From positions 5,142,100-5,206,099 of the forward strand of contig CBDCJV010000002.1 in assembly GCA_965217895.1 (NCBI GenBank): a stretch of DNA of 64,000 nt, read 5' to 3'. The notes beneath the pieces were generated by a model. The model made no database searches and was not told the DNA's origin. It worked only from the letters and a program-made list of their open reading frames with translations. This DNA comes from Waterburya sp. (GTDB taxonomy: Bacteria > Cyanobacteriota > Cyanobacteriia > Cyanobacteriales > Xenococcaceae). Numbering within the stretch: position 1 is the first letter of the stretch; each line of letters begins with the position of its first letter. The translations under genes and the position numbers were made by a program. Positions 29,691 to 42,723 of this stretch are shown here, one piece after another.

Positions 29691-30767
29691 ATGAACAAAA
29701 TGAAGAACAAGATTTTGCTCACGGGTGGCGGTTCTGCTGGACATATTACGGTCAATTTGGCTTTAATTCCTCTATTGATTGAGTCTGGATGGAAAGTTGT
29801 CTATATTGGCTCTTTTGCAGGAATTGAGCGGGAACTCATTGCCGATTTTCCTGAAGTTACTTATCATGCAATTCCCACAGGTAAACTGCGACGCTACTTT
29901 GACAGGCAAAACTTTAGCGATGTTTTTCGCGTGCTAAAAGGCATCATTGAAGCTTACAAAATTATTCGTCAGGAGCAACCAAAGATTGTTTTTTCTAAAG
30001 GTGGTTTTGTTTCTGTTCCTGTAGTGCTGAGTAGTCGATTAAACAATATACCTGTAATTACCCATGAGTCTGATTTGACACCTGGACTAGCAAACCGCAT
30101 CAATATGAATTTTGCTCAGAAAATTTGCGTTACATTCTCTGAGACTTTGCAGCATTTACCCAAAGATAAAGGAGAATTTATCGGTGCCGTAGTACGTCCA
30201 GAGTTAAAGCAGGGCGATCGCGAAAGAGGCAGGATTTTTTGCCAATTTGATTCTACTAAACCAGTAATTTTGATTGCTGGTGGTAGTCTTGGCTCTGTAT
30301 ATATTAATCAAACAGTACGTTCGCTGCTTAATAAATTGCTCCAAGAGTTTCAAATTATTCATATTTGTGGCAAGGGCAATATAGATCGAAGTTTAGAACA
30401 CCAAGGCTATAAGCAATTTGAATATGCAGCTAATGAACTGGCAGATTTAATGTGTTTAGCAGATCTGGTGATTTCTCGCGCCGGCTCGAATTTTCTTTTT
30501 GAATTTCTAGCTCTTCAAAAACCGATGATTTTAATTCCTCTGTCGAAAAAGTCTAGTCGTGGCGATCAGATTGACAATGCTAAAGTCTTTGAAAGACAGG
30601 GATATGCCGAAGTGATTTTAGAAGAAAACTTAACTGAAGATAGCTTGTTGGACACAATTAACACTGTTTATAGTAATCGAGAAAACTATATCAAGAAAAT
30701 GGACAATTGGAATAGCGATCGCTCTCTAGCTAAATTATTCGATTTGATTACTAATTCAGTCAATTAA
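29691..30767 (+). CDS. murG: MurG family glycosyltransferase
   Basis: [47 protein letters not shown]. Confidence 0.88.
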   Translation: MNKMKNKILLTGGGSAGHITVNLALIPLLIESGWKVVYIGSFAGIERELIADFPEVTYHAIPTGKLRRYFDRQNFSDVFRVLKGIIEAYKIIRQEQPKIVFSKGGFVSVPVVLSSRLNNIPVITHESDLTPGLANRINMNFAQKICVTFSETLQHLPKDKGEFIGAVVRPELKQGDRERGRIFCQFDSTKPVILIAGGSLGSVYINQTVRSLLNKLLQEFQIIHICGKGNIDRSLEHQGYKQFEYAANELADLMCLADLVISRAGSNFLFEFLALQKPMILIPLSKKSSRGDQIDNAKVFERQGYAEVILEENLTEDSLLDTINTVYSNRENYIKKMDNWNSDRSLAKLFDLITNSVN

Positions 30768-31441
30768 GCAGCAAAAATTTCAGTCAAATTTAAAGCAAAC
30801 CCTGGTAGTACGTCTTCTCCGAATAGAGTTTGCGGATTATTTAATACTTCTACGGGTTTTCCTAGGCGATAAATTTCGACTATTTTCGCTGATGGCTCAA
30901 TTAACCAGCCTAACTTAACTCCATTGTCTAGATACTCTTGCATCCTCGCGCGTACATGCGGCTAAAGCCTTTGTCTTGCGCCTATCGGCGACGCGGGGTC
31001 GCTCGTCATCTTTGTCTGTAAGTCTTCGTATCGCTGATTTTTTAAATCGCTTGGACTAACAAGCTCAATTACAAAATCTGGGGCAATGGGGGGAAATCCG
31101 TCTTGCTGTGCTTGAGTCAGTTGATTCCAACGCTCTAATCTAATCCAGCTAACATCAGGACTTCTTCTTACGCCACTAGGCAAAACAAATACGGTAGAGG
31201 AATCAAATACTTCTCCTTGACCATGTCGATCTGCCCAGTTTCTCAATTTTTGAGTCAGCCGACTATTTTTTCTGCCTGCTGTTCCAACCGTAGGACTCAT
31301 GACAATTAATTCTCCATTCTCGGTTAACTCTAATCTTGCTAGTTGTTCGGCATCAGCCAACTGCTCAAACTGTTCTGGAGTTATACGAAATCCTTGAGGA
31401 ATAGTAAAGGGGAAAGTCATGCCTTCGACGATCGCTTCCAT
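30764..31441 (-). pseudogene. Uma2 family endonuclease broken by a 66-bp hairpin insert containing a stop
   Basis: RSPDVSWI, APDFVIELVSPSD; after the insert resumes [29 protein letters not shown]. Confidence 0.88.
30945..31006 (+). repeat. Small GC-rich hairpin dispersed repeat, copy 3
   Basis: CTCGCGCGT...CGCGGGGTCGCTCGT flanked by CATC (30941-44, 31007-10). Confidence 0.85.
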
Positions 31442-31474
31442 TTTGCTTAATTAATATATTTAATTATTATTTTA

Positions 31475-31774
31475 TTATTTCTGAAACAGATTACACACAA
31501 GTTCACCTGGGCTATTGACCTTGAAAGGAATAGGATATTTACCTTTGCGGGTTAAAGTGCGATCGCGACAGTTATAAATTTCTTTGTCTCTCTGCTTTTG
31601 CCCGTCAATACTTACTTTAGCTCGATATTCCCAGTAGTTTTTAGCACTCCGCTTGAGCTTAAGGATACACACCTGTTGCCCGTTGCGATCGCCACACATT
31701 GAAGCATCTGCCACGGTTGTAAACCCTAGCCAAAATATTAGCAATACTAACAAAAACAACTGTCTATATTTCAC
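31475..31774 (-). CDS. Conserved cyanobacterial secreted hypothetical protein
   Basis: Signal peptide; CILKLKRSAKNYWEYRA. Confidence 0.7.
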   Translation of the reverse strand: MKYRQLFLLVLLIFWLGFTTVADASMCGDRNGQQVCILKLKRSAKNYWEYRAKVSIDGQKQRDKEIYNCRDRTLTRKGKYPIPFKVNSPGELVCNLFQK

Positions 31775-31801
31775 TACCTCAAATCACTTCTTACTTCTCA
31801 C

Positions 31802-32644
31802 TTAAGCTGGAGGTAACTCCAAGGAAATCTGTCCCATGTTACCTGTACGAAAATCATACAGTATTTGGCGGGCGACTCTTTCTTTGTCTCCCTTGAAGGA
31901 GCGATCGCTCACCGACTGAATAAAAGCTTCTCCTGTCATTCCTGTAGGCTCAAAATTAAAGCGAGATTGTAATGTTTTCTCAAAGCCTAATTCTAAGAGT
32001 AAATCTACTGCTGCTGCTGCTACAACTTGATTGTCATAAGAAGCCTGACCAATATCTTCGCAAATAGCTAATTTTATCGCATCCTGCTGATTTTCTAATC
32101 TCCAGGGAATTACCCCAGGAGCATCTAGCAGTTCAATTTCATCAGAAATTTTTACCCAACGTAACTGACGGGTTACACCAGCGCGACGTTCACTAACAAC
32201 AATTTTTTGACCCACTAAACGATTAATTAAGGCAGACTTGCCCACGTTGGGAAAGCCAATTACCACAGCCCTTACAGGACGAGGACGCATACCGCGATCG
32301 CGTCGTCGTTGATTTGTTGCCACACCTGCTTCTTGAGCAGCACTTTTAATGGCTTTGATGCCCTTTCCCTGTTTGGCATTAGTAAAAAATGGTTGTTTTT
32401 CCTGTGCTTGAAACCATCTTGTCCAATCCTGTTGTGCTGATTCAGGAATCATATCCAGACGATTTAAAACTACAATTCGCGGTTTATTGCCGATCCAGCT
32501 ATCGATTTGCGGATGATGAGAAGCCAAAGGAATTCTGGCATCTAGTATTTCTAAGACCACATCAACTTTCTTTAGCTGTTCTTTTAGTTGCCTTTCGGCT
32601 TTGGCAATATGACCTGGATACCATTGAATCGGAGGAGCAGACAT
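31802..32644 (-). CDS. ylqF: Ribosome biogenesis GTPase YlqF/RbgA
   Basis: IQWYPGHIAKA, DARIP, GFPNVGKS, LLDAPG. Confidence 0.95.
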   Translation of the reverse strand: MSAPPIQWYPGHIAKAERQLKEQLKKVDVVLEILDARIPLASHHPQIDSWIGNKPRIVVLNRLDMIPESAQQDWTRWFQAQEKQPFFTNAKQGKGIKAIKSAAQEAGVATNQRRRDRGMRPRPVRAVVIGFPNVGKSALINRLVGQKIVVSERRAGVTRQLRWVKISDEIELLDAPGVIPWRLENQQDAIKLAICEDIGQASYDNQVVAAAAVDLLLELGFEKTLQSRFNFEPTGMTGEAFIQSVSDRSFKGDKERVARQILYDFRTGNMGQISLELPPA

Positions 32645-32801
32645 ACGTATTTAAGAATAAAATAATAAAAAACCCCATAGATTACTCTAGGGGCTATGGT
32701 TATCGGTTGGCATAACTATCATCATGGCTCAGATATAACTACTAGCTATAGCTTGAAAATAGAATTCTGAAGTAAAGATGCGATCGCCCTTAAAATAAAT
32801 T

Positions 32802-34019
32802 TTACGGTTTAAGAATATATTTAGACTCCAAAGGTTTTAGTTTTCCTTCTTGGACTAAAGCTTGGTGAATCATAGCTGCAACCTCACCGCGAGTTGCTGA
32901 TTTATTAGGCATAAGAGAATCTTCAAAACCAGGACGATTAACAATTAATTTTGCTTCATAAGCAGCAGCTACCTGTTCTTTTGCCCAATCGGGTAGGTTT
33001 TCACTACCCTTAAGTTTTTGAAGAGCTTGGTCGGCATTTTGAGATGGTTTTAAACCTAGTCCTGTTGCCAGAGCAACCAATACCTGATAGCGAGGGATAT
33101 TTTCTAAAGGACGAAACGTATTTTTAGAATAGCCTTTCATAAAGCCAAGGCGAACTGCTTTATCAATATCGACCGCGATCTCATTTCCATTACTTACGTC
33201 ATTAAATTTTCTAATTCCTTGAGTTTCAGGCTGCATATCAAAAGCTCGGCTAATTAAAGTAGCCATACTAGCTCTGGTAATCAGCTTATTTGGTTCAAAG
33301 TTTTTATCGCCTATCAAGGTACTAGCTAACCCATTATCACTCATCTGCTTTACAAACGGATAAATCCAATTGTCCTTGGTAATATCTTTAGGTATTCCAA
33401 TGGGAACAATTGCCTGTGGCTTTTTCTTAGCGGGAGGTTCAACGAAAGCAGGTGGCTGTGGCTTTTTCTTAGGAGCTTCAATGGGAGCAGGTGACTGTGG
33501 CTTTTTCTTGGCAGGAGCTTGAGTAGTAATATTATTTTTATTTTGCTCTGGTTTAGCTGTCAGAGCAGGGACAGCAACTCCAGCTAAAGGAACTAGCTTT
33601 GCTCCAGAATCAAGCTGATAAGATTGCTTTTTGACTTTAGGGGGTAAATTAAGTTCTTGAGATGGAGGAACAAAAGCAACGGGTGATTCTGACTGACGTA
33701 ATTTATTAATTATTTCTCGCTCATCAGATTTTGTGATGCTAGCGTTGGTATTGGATTTTGAGTTACTAATAACTCCATTATTTAAACCAAAACCAGTTGA
33801 GGTGGTATCAGAGTTAGAAAGTAAGCTATTGCCTCCAACTAAACCCCCAAAATTGGCAAGACCGCCTTTTTTTCCGCCTAGCGTCCAAAATAATATTGCC
33901 CCAATAGTTGTAAAGGCGACAATTATGCCGATCATTTCATCAAAAGTTACACCAGAGGCAGGTCTTCTTCTGCGTTCTGGAATCGGGTTTTGCGGATCTT
34001 GAGGAGATGGATTTGTCAT
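32802..34019 (-). CDS. S-layer homology domain protein with N-terminal TM and Pro/Lys linker
   Basis: FEPNKLITRA, FRPLENIPRY, PNKSATRGEVAAMI; three KKKPQ repeats. Confidence 0.85.
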   Translation of the reverse strand: MTNPSPQDPQNPIPERRRRPASGVTFDEMIGIIVAFTTIGAILFWTLGGKKGGLANFGGLVGGNSLLSNSDTTSTGFGLNNGVISNSKSNTNASITKSDEREIINKLRQSESPVAFVPPSQELNLPPKVKKQSYQLDSGAKLVPLAGVAVPALTAKPEQNKNNITTQAPAKKKPQSPAPIEAPKKKPQPPAFVEPPAKKKPQAIVPIGIPKDITKDNWIYPFVKQMSDNGLASTLIGDKNFEPNKLITRASMATLISRAFDMQPETQGIRKFNDVSNGNEIAVDIDKAVRLGFMKGYSKNTFRPLENIPRYQVLVALATGLGLKPSQNADQALQKLKGSENLPDWAKEQVAAAYEAKLIVNRPGFEDSLMPNKSATRGEVAAMIHQALVQEGKLKPLESKYILKP

Positions 34020-34202
34020 AAATAATAAACTACTAATTTAAGAATGATATTTAAAAAGTAAACTACGCTGAAGATATTGTCCTAAAAATAAACTTAAGTT
34101 TCTATGTTTTAACTTGTAGCAGGATTATTAGAGGTTTTCAAGGTTAAAGCTAAAATCAAACAATTGTTTACTAAAAGTCGGCGTATGAGCAGAATATCAA
34201 AA

Positions 34203-34234
34203 AGGGCGATCGCAGTTTAACTGAAAATCGCCCT
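34203..34234 (-). terminator. Putative intrinsic terminator after glutamate synthase
   Basis: AGGGCGAT...ATCGCCCT stem with an A-run on the + strand. Confidence 0.5.
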
Positions 34235-34273
34235 GAACTATTAAGATTAAGGTATTTAATGCTCGATTGTGGA

Positions 34274-37200
34274 CTACACAGAGGTCAAAGTCTTGGTTTC
34301 TGCTGCACCAGTTTCTGGACTATCTGCTTCTGATGGAGGAACTACCTGCCAAAATTGACCTAAATAATTGTTCCAATCAGCTAGAATAGTTTTTCCTTTG
34401 GGGCTGCCAGTTTTCTCAACGTGCTTTTGGATCATTTCTTTTAGCTGTTTTTCTCCTGCGGGAGAATTAACTCGTTGAATTTTGACAATTTCGGGATTAA
34501 CTTTATCAGAAAAAGTATTATTTTCATCTAGGAAGTAACCTAAACCGCCTGTCATCCCTGCGCCAACATTACGCCCGGCTTCTCCCAAGACTACTATTAA
34601 ACCGCCTGTCATATATTCACAACAGTGATCTCCCGCACCTTCGATCACAGCTTTTGCTAAAGAATTACGGACTGCAAACCTTTCTCCAGCCCGTCCATTG
34701 GCATATAATGCGCCTCCAGTTGCCCCATAAAGACAGGTATTACCCACAATTACGTTGGTAGCAGCATCATAGGTAGATTTGGTATGGGGAGCAATAATAA
34801 TTTCGCCCCCGTGCATTCCTTTGCCAACATAGTCATTCGCTTCACCAGAGAGGATCATCTTCATTCCTGGTAAATTAAATGCTCCAAAGCTTTGACCAGC
34901 AGAACCTTTGAATATTAAAGTGATCTCTCCCTCAAAACCGCTGTTGCCATATTTTGAGGCGATCGCACCTGATATTCGCCCGCCTACACTGCGATCGGTA
35001 TTGATAATAGTTACGTCTTTGATGACTTGACTTTGATTAGCGATCGCTTCAGCTACTCGGTCATCGGCTAAGATCTCCTCATCTAGTACTTTGCCATTGG
35101 TATGAACCTCTTCATGCTTTAACCAACTGCGATCGCTTTTAACACTTGGCAAATCGATTAGGCAGCTTAAGTCTAAAGCATTGGTTTTAGCAATCTCTAC
35201 TTCAGAATTTTGAACCAGTAAATCAGTACGTCCAATAATTTCATCTAAATGGCGATAGCCTAATTTTGCTAACAACTGTCTTACTTCTTCGGCCACAAAG
35301 TAAAAGAAGTTAACCACATTTTCAGGAATACCTTTAAAGCGATCTCGCAAATGCTGCTGTTGAGTCGCCACGCCTACAGGACAGGTGTTCATGTGACAAA
35401 CTCTTGCCATGATACAGCCTTCGGCAATCATCGCAATTGAACCAAAGCCATATTCTTCTGCGCCCATCAGCGCAGCCATAATCACATCCCAGCCAGTTTT
35501 TAAGCCACCATCAGCCCGCAATAAAACGCGATCGCGCAGTTGATTCTCTAGCAATACTCGGTGTACTTCTGTTAGCCCTAATTCCCAAGATACCCCTGCG
35601 TGTTTGATAGAACTTAAGGGTGATGCCCCTGTACCTCCATCATGTCCTGAAATTTGAATCACATCAGCATTAGCCTTGGCTACCCCTGCTGCGATCGTGC
35701 CTATGCCTATTTCTGCTACTAATTTGACTGAAACTTTGGCACTAGGGTTTATTTGGTGGAGATCGAAAATTAGCTGTGCCAAATCCTCAATCGAGTAAAT
35801 ATCATGGTGCGGTGGAGGAGAAATTAAGGTTACTCCAGGTTTAGAACGACGCAGAGAAGCAATATAAGGGCTGACTTTTTTCCCTGGTAACTGTCCTCCT
35901 TCTCCTGGCTTTGCCCCTTGAGCTAGCTTGATTTCTAGCTGTTTGGCACTCATTAAATATTCAGGAGTAACTCCAAAACGTCCTGATGCCACCTGCTTGA
36001 TGGCAGAACTAGCAGTATCGCCGTTTTGCAAACCATTAAGATGAGGTAAGGTAGGAGACTTTCCATCTGCTGCAACGTCGTTTAATACTTTGAAGCGAAC
36101 TGAATCTTCCCCTCCTTCTCCTGAATTAGACTTTCCGCCAATTCGATTCATAGCTACGGCTAAGGTTTCATGAGCTTCCCGCGATAAAGAACCAAGGGAC
36201 ATTCCTCCAGTACAAAAGCGTTTGACGATACTTTCTACTAATTCTACTTCTTCAATGGGAATAGATTTACGGTCTGGTTTAAAGTCCAATAAATCCCGTA
36301 GTGCCGTTGCTGGTCGTCCATGAAGATGTTTTTTATAAAGCTCGTAGTGGTCATAATCTCTACTGGCTACAGCTTGATGCAATGCCTTGGACATTTCAGG
36401 GGAGTTCATATGATATTCTCCACCTTTTTTGTACTTGACAAAGCCGTAGTTTTCCAGCTTTTTACCGTGAATTTCTGGAAAAGCCTTGTGGTGAAAAGCA
36501 ACAACTTCTTGAGCCAACTCAGATACGGTTAAACCACCCAAACGAGAAGTTGTACCAGCGAAAGCTAAGTCAACTAAATCTACTCCTAAACCTAATGCTT
36601 CAAAGATTTGCGCTCCATGATAGGAGGACAGCAAAGAAATTCCCATTTTAGAAAGAATTTTAAGTAATCCCGCTTCAATAGACTTGCGATAGTTCTTCTG
36701 AGCTTTGTCCAAACTTACAGACTCAATCCGCTCATTCTGCATTAATTTTTGCGTTTTAGGATCGTTCCACCATTGACGGACACTTTCCAAGGCTAAATAA
36801 GGACAAATTGCTGAGGCACCATAACCAACCAAGCAAGCAAAGTGATGAGTACTCCAGCATTGAGCCGTATCTACCACTAAAGATGTTCTTAGGCGTAATC
36901 CTTGACGTATTAAATGATGATGCACTGCTCCAACTGCCATTAAGGGAGGAATATAGCTATATTCTGTGCCAATCTTTTGCGTACCAGAGCGATCGCTCAA
37001 AATAATTATTTCCACTCCAGTCTGCACCGCAGCAGTAGCTTTTTGACAAAGCTGGTTTACCGCCTCTTTTAATCCATCTGGGCCTGTAGAAATTTTGTAG
37101 AGGGTTGATAATTCTTGAGTTTTAAAGCCCGAAGCCTTGATACCAGCTAATTCTTCATCATTTAGCACAGGAGATTCCAACTTCAGCAGTCTAGCATCTT

Positions 37201-38944
37201 CAGGTTTTAAGTTGAGCAGATTTCCCTTGCCTCCTAGCTGCATCGACAAAGACATAACTAAGCTTTCTCGCAAAGGATCGATCGCGGGATTTGTTACCTG
37301 AGCAAATCTTTGTTTAAAGTAGTCATATAATAGCCTTGGCTTGTCTGAAAGCACCGCTAAAGGAATATCATCCCCCATACAAAAAGTTGGCTCTTTACCG
37401 TTAATTGCCATTGACTGAATAATCAATTCGAGATCTTCAGCGGTGTAGCCAAAGGCAGTTTGCCGTTGTAATAACTTCTCAGAAGTTATGAGGTTTTCAG
37501 TCCCAAAATATTGAGGTTCAACGGACTGGCGATGTTGCTGTATCCACTTTCCATAAGGATTCGCTTTAGCAACACGCTGTTTTACCTCCCAGTTGCGCAA
37601 CACTTCTTTTGTTTGCAGATCGACTACTATAGTTTGACCAGGGCCTAATCTACCTTTTTCTACTATCTCCTCGTCGGGCAAATCTACAACCCCTGTCTCT
37701 GAACCTACAACTACATAACCATCTTTGGTAATGCAATAGCGGGCAGGACGCAAGCCATTGCGATCTAAAACTGCACCAACGGTTTTGCCATCGCTGTAAA
37801 CTAGTAGTGCAGGGCCGTCCCAAGGCTCTTGCTGTCCACTATGATATTCATAAAAATCAACTATCTCAGGATATTCTTTGAGGGATGGTTGATTTTTATA
37901 TGCTTCTGGAACTAGAATCATAGTTGCTTCAGGAATGCTGCGACCAGTTCGCACTAATAATTCCATTGCGCTATCTAAATTATAGGAGTCGCTATTATCA
38001 TTGTTGACAATAGGCGTTAATCCTTCAATTTCAGCTTGAGTCCAACCAGGCAAAGATGCGTCCCCAGAGTTGGAAATTAGTTCTTTCTCCCGATTGGACA
38101 TCCAGTTAATATTGCCCAAGAGAGTGTTTATTTCGCCATTATGACCCAACATCCGCATTGGTTGAGCGAAGGGCCATTTGGGCATTGTATTCGTGCTGAA
38201 GCGACGATGGTAAACAGCAAAGCTACTTTCGTAATCTGGGTTGGCTAAATCTTGATAAAATTCACCTAGAATAACCGAGCGCACCATGCCTTTATAGACA
38301 ATAGTACGGCACGAAAAAGAGCAGATATAAAAATCATCCGATAGTCTTTTGCCCACGCGCGATCGCGCTATATAAAGTTTGCGCTCTAAATCATCCCCCG
38401 TCAGATTGTCTGGCGAACTAACAATAATTTGCTCAATATGAGGCTGATAGGCTCTTGCCTGTTCCCCCAATACTTCGGGACTAACTGGAACTTTTCGCCA
38501 ACCTAATACCGTTAGATTCTCCTGCTTTACTGTTTCTTCGATAAACCTCTTTAATTCTTCAGCCTGACTTTTTGCTTGAGGTAAAAATACCATTCCCACA
38601 CCCCAAGCTTCTTCTGGTGGCTGAAGGATATTATTATTTGCAAACCAAGCAGCAAAAATCTTGAGAGGCAATGAAGTCATAACACCTGCACCGTCTCCAG
38701 AATCGCGATCGGCACTGCATCCGCCACGATGCTCCATACATCCTAAAGCTTTAAGAGCCTGCTGTACTAGCTTATTGCTTTGCCGACCATCTTGGTAAGC
38801 AATAAACCCTACACCGCAAGCGTCTCTTTCTTCTACTAACCAACGTTGACCCTGAAAAGGCTTGTTTACTAACTTACCAGATAATTGAGATTGATGCACA
38901 TTACTACCTATTGCTTCTTTTGATTCCATTTCTTGCTTGCTCAT
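34274..38944 (-). CDS. glsF: Ferredoxin-dependent glutamate synthase
   Basis: [57 protein letters not shown]-terminal domain. Confidence 0.95.
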   Translation of the reverse strand: MSKQEMESKEAIGSNVHQSQLSGKLVNKPFQGQRWLVEERDACGVGFIAYQDGRQSNKLVQQALKALGCMEHRGGCSADRDSGDGAGVMTSLPLKIFAAWFANNNILQPPEEAWGVGMVFLPQAKSQAEELKRFIEETVKQENLTVLGWRKVPVSPEVLGEQARAYQPHIEQIIVSSPDNLTGDDLERKLYIARSRVGKRLSDDFYICSFSCRTIVYKGMVRSVILGEFYQDLANPDYESSFAVYHRRFSTNTMPKWPFAQPMRMLGHNGEINTLLGNINWMSNREKELISNSGDASLPGWTQAEIEGLTPIVNNDNSDSYNLDSAMELLVRTGRSIPEATMILVPEAYKNQPSLKEYPEIVDFYEYHSGQQEPWDGPALLVYSDGKTVGAVLDRNGLRPARYCITKDGYVVVGSETGVVDLPDEEIVEKGRLGPGQTIVVDLQTKEVLRNWEVKQRVAKANPYGKWIQQHRQSVEPQYFGTENLITSEKLLQRQTAFGYTAEDLELIIQSMAINGKEPTFCMGDDIPLAVLSDKPRLLYDYFKQRFAQVTNPAIDPLRESLVMSLSMQLGGKGNLLNLKPEDARLLKLESPVLNDEELAGIKASGFKTQELSTLYKISTGPDGLKEAVNQLCQKATAAVQTGVEIIILSDRSGTQKIGTEYSYIPPLMAVGAVHHHLIRQGLRLRTSLVVDTAQCWSTHHFACLVGYGASAICPYLALESVRQWWNDPKTQKLMQNERIESVSLDKAQKNYRKSIEAGLLKILSKMGISLLSSYHGAQIFEALGLGVDLVDLAFAGTTSRLGGLTVSELAQEVVAFHHKAFPEIHGKKLENYGFVKYKKGGEYHMNSPEMSKALHQAVASRDYDHYELYKKHLHGRPATALRDLLDFKPDRKSIPIEEVELVESIVKRFCTGGMSLGSLSREAHETLAVAMNRIGGKSNSGEGGEDSVRFKVLNDVAADGKSPTLPHLNGLQNGDTASSAIKQVASGRFGVTPEYLMSAKQLEIKLAQGAKPGEGGQLPGKKVSPYIASLRRSKPGVTLISPPPHHDIYSIEDLAQLIFDLHQINPSAKVSVKLVAEIGIGTIAAGVAKANADVIQISGHDGGTGASPLSSIKHAGVSWELGLTEVHRVLLENQLRDRVLLRADGGLKTGWDVIMAALMGAEEYGFGSIAMIAEGCIMARVCHMNTCPVGVATQQQHLRDRFKGIPENVVNFFYFVAEEVRQLLAKLGYRHLDEIIGRTDLLVQNSEVEIAKTNALDLSCLIDLPSVKSDRSWLKHEEVHTNGKVLDEEILADDRVAEAIANQSQVIKDVTIINTDRSVGGRISGAIASKYGNSGFEGEITLIFKGSAGQSFGAFNLPGMKMILSGEANDYVGKGMHGGEIIIAPHTKSTYDAATNVIVGNTCLYGATGGALYANGRAGERFAVRNSLAKAVIEGAGDHCCEYMTGGLIVVLGEAGRNVGAGMTGGLGYFLDENNTFSDKVNPEIVKIQRVNSPAGEKQLKEMIQKHVEKTGSPKGKTILADWNNYLGQFWQVVPPSEADSPETGAAETKTLTSV

Positions 38945-39791
38945 ACAGATGTAATAAATTATTTTAGATAACTTTTAAACAGTCGATCGCTATTTCAGTT
39001 TTGTTTTTAAAGCTAAAAATATAAAAATTGATTAAATACTGATAAAAATGATGCACATTCAGTTATTCACAGAATACAAATGGATATCGTACTTTATCGG
39101 TATAAGATTTTACAAACTAGCTTTTGATAGTTGAGTAATTGAAGAGTAATCAAATAGGTAGCTAAAGATAATTATTAGAATATTCCAGATAGTATAACAC
39201 TACCGATAATTTGTTACTCGCTACTGCATAATATCTTTAGGCTCGAATATGCCAAAATTTCGATATAGTCATTTGTGTGCATTATCGAATCAGCATAATA
39301 AAAGCATAAATTCTTTTCATACCTAAATTTTAATAATATTTGGTTACATAAAGTACGGAAATTATTAAAGATCGTAGAGGAATATCCGCAGACCAGTTTA
39401 GATATTTAGCGATTTTAGCTTAAATTTTCCTATGCCCAAAGAGCAGCAGTAATGCGATCGCGCACCTCTAATTTACTTAGAATTTGGGTAATGTAATTTT
39501 TTACTGTTCCCATACTTAAATATAGGGTGTTGGCGATTTTACGGTTGTTTTTGCCCCGACCAACCAACTGCAAAACCTCTAACTCTCTGGGGCTAACTGC
39601 ATCTAGATATTTAGTATTCTTTGGGTTACAAGCAAAGATACTTTAACACTCCCCGAAGGCGTAGATGTTTATGCAGGATTGTTTGCAATTAGCTATCAAG
39701 AAAAAGATCTCAGGCGATCGCTTCTTCACACCATTCAACCCATTCTGTCTCATAGCGAATTCCCTGTCGTAGAGTTAAATACATACATTTT

Positions 39792-40100
39792 TTGGCTAAA
39801 GACAATTCGGACGAATCAGCAAACAAACAAATTGCCCGTTTAGCTGTTACCCAAACTAACAATGCCGATGGCTACTGGTTGCCCATTAACGCTTTGGTAA
39901 AAGGCGATCGCGGTTTGTGGTCTTGTCACGCTTTAGTAAAGTCATCAGACGGTAATAATAAAGCAGAACGCAGATATGTAGAGATATTAAAAACCCAAGG
40001 CGATCGTGTTTTAGTCCGAGGCACACTTCAAACGGGAGATGAAATCATTACAGGCGGTACACATCGTTCAGTACCAGGTCAATTAGTAAAAAAGATCTAA
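39792..40100 (+). pseudogene. RND efflux periplasmic adaptor, C-terminal fragment
   Basis: GYWLPINALVKGDRGLWS..VRGTLQTGDEIITGGTHRSVPGQLV; N-terminus missing. Confidence 0.7.
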
Positions 40101-40105
40101 GGTAA

Positions 40106-40687
40106 TTAAACTTCAGCAAACTCAATATTTTCATACAGATCGGCAATTTTAAGCTGTATATCTACCGAATTTAAAGTCAACTTTACTTGAGGATCTGTGT
40201 ATTCAGATAGCAACCATTGATTAGCAGCAGTTCTAACGTAATGTTCGACATGAATCCGATATTGGTCAATCAAAATATACTCCTGAAAAGTCTCAATGGT
40301 TCGATAGGCGATGAATTTTTCACTGCGATCGTAATCTTTGGTCGATTTTAATAATACTTCCGCTATTAGACAAGGATTCATTACCGTATCGGTTCTTCTT
40401 TCCTGAAGCTGAATCGGTTGTTCTAAAACCATAATATCGGGATAAGTATATAGATTGCGTTCAGGAATCCAAAGACGCTGATCTGTAAAGAAAGTTTCAT
40501 ATGGCTGTTGCTTAAAAGCAAGTTCAAGAGCAATCAGTAAATTACGGCAAATTCTATTGTGGTTTGGTGTACCCCCTGTCATTAACCTTATTTCTCCATT
40601 GTTGAACTCATGGCGTTCTTTTGAACCTAACTCAAATTCAAAATACTCTTTGGTTGTATAAGTCTTTTTTTCAAGTGCTTGTGTCAT
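40106..40687 (-). CDS. Uma2 family endonuclease
   Basis: HEFNNGEI.LMTGGT.NHN; YTYPDIMV; IAEVL; FQEYILIDQ. Confidence 0.9.
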   Translation of the reverse strand: MTQALEKKTYTTKEYFEFELGSKERHEFNNGEIRLMTGGTPNHNRICRNLLIALELAFKQQPYETFFTDQRLWIPERNLYTYPDIMVLEQPIQLQERRTDTVMNPCLIAEVLLKSTKDYDRSEKFIAYRTIETFQEYILIDQYRIHVEHYVRTAANQWLLSEYTDPQVKLTLNSVDIQLKIADLYENIEFAEV

Positions 40688-40717
40688 TTCATTTAGTGTT
40701 CAACATCATAAATAATT

Positions 40718-42723
40718 ATGTTTACCCTGTTTTATCGCAACAGTCGCTTACTAATCCTCACTATTATCTTAATCTGCGTTTGGGGTATCTCTTCTTATTT
40801 TGCGTTACCCAAATTAGAAGATCCAGAATTAGTATCTCGTAATGCTGTAGTCAAGACTTTTTTACCTGGTGCTGATTCCGCCAGAATTGAGGCATTAATT
40901 ACAGATAAGATTGAAAATAAGCTGACAGAAATAGAAGAAATAAAGGACTATGAATCGACCTCTATTTCTGGTAAGTTCGATTATTAATATTGAGTTACTA
41001 GACAGCGTGCAAAAAGAAGAGGTAGAGGGGATTTGGTCGCGGGTACAAAATAAAATTGATGAGGTTAAGCCAGAGTTACCCGCAGATGCTAGTCAACCAG
41101 AATTAGAAAAGCTCAAAATTAAAGCTTATGCTCTAATTACAGCTTTAACCTGGCAACAGGACAATCGCCCCAACTATGGAATTTTAGATCGTCAAGTGGA
41201 AGTCTTAAAAGATCGTATTCAAGGTATTGTAGGAACAGAAGAAGTTGAACTATTTGGCGATCGCCCAGAAGAAATTCTTGTGGAAATTAACCAGGAAGCG
41301 ATCGCTAGTTACAACCTCACCGCAGCCGATATTTCCCCGCAGCAGATCGCGATCAGTTACAGATTCAGTTAGGGCTACCCGCAGCAACTTCCATCGCCCA
41401 AACCCAAGTCGTAACTAAACAAATACGCGATCGCCTGTTACTCTATGAAAATATTACTGATGTCTACTAATTTATTGGTAGAAGTGCGCCTCGATTTTAT
41501 TACAACGTAGCGGGAAGCAGGGAACAAGAAGCTAATTATGCTCAAGCTATAGTTCAGCTAGATACTCTAGCTAAGAGCGATCTAGCCAAGAAAATGCAAG
41601 GTGAATTTAGAGAGTAACTTTCCTACTGCTCGTATTTTAGTCCGACAGTTAGAACAAGAACCGCCTTTTGATGCGCCAGTGGAAATGCGAATCTCTGGTT
41701 CGGACTTGAATATATTACAGCAACTAGGGGAAGAAGCCAGAAGTTTGTTATTAGGTGTAGATAAAATAACTCATACCCGCGCTAGTTTGGCTGAAATCAG
41801 ACAGATGAAGAAGAAGTTCGTTTAGCTGGCTTAGATCGTAGTGCGATCGCCCAACAGTTAGATTCTGATTTGGAAGGGGCAACTGGAGGATCTATTCTAG
41901 AATCTACGGAAGAATTACCCGTTAGAGTTAGATTATCAGCAGGCGATCGCGCTGGGTTAAATAATATTACCTCGTTGGATTTGTTACCCGATCAAGATGG
42001 TTCGAGTGATGCAGTTCAAAGTATTCCCCTATCGTCTTTGGGCAAGATAATTCTCAAACCAGAACTAGCAAAAATTACTCGCTACAACGGACAAAGAGTT
42101 AATACGGTTCAAGGCTTTCTAACCGCAGGAACTCTACCCGATGAAGCATTAACTGATTTTAAACAGCAGCTAACCGAAGCTAACTGGCAACTTCCCAATG
42201 GCTATAGCTATGAATTTGGCGGGGAAGCAGAAGAAAAGAATAATGCCCTCAGTGGGTTGGTTTCCACTGTAGGAGTCTTGCTCGTCCTGATGGTAGCAAC
42301 TTTAGTTTTATCTTTGAGTTCTTTTCGTCTAGCTGCTGTTATGGGTGTAGTGGAGATCGCCTCTTTTGGTTTCAATCCGATTATCGGTACGGTGGGCTTA
42401 ATTGGGGTAGCAATTAATGATTCGATTGTGGTATTGGCTGCTATTCAACAACATCCCATTGCCAATACAGGTAATAAAAAAGCCATTAGAGAAGTAGTTT
42501 TACATTCTACTCGTCACGTTATTGCCACCCCACGTTAACTACTGCTATCGGTTTTGTACCTCTGTTATTAGGTGGTGGGGAATTTTGGCCACCTTTAGCA
42601 ATTGCGATCGCTGGAGGAGTCATGGGGGCAACTTTGCTCGCACTGTATTTAATTCCTGCGGCATATTTAATTGTCATCCGAGGGAAAAGTAAGAAATTTT
42701 GCGCTGAGGCGATTGTTAATTAG
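40718..42723 (+). pseudogene. RND (AcrB-like) efflux permease, fragmented and internally deleted
   Basis: Pieces LPKLEDPEL..TFLPGA, PPFDAPVEMRI, ITRYNGQR, GVAINDSIVV, then GFVPLLLGGGEFWPPLAIAIAGG across several frames; ~2 kb versus ~3 kb expected. Confidence 0.85.
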
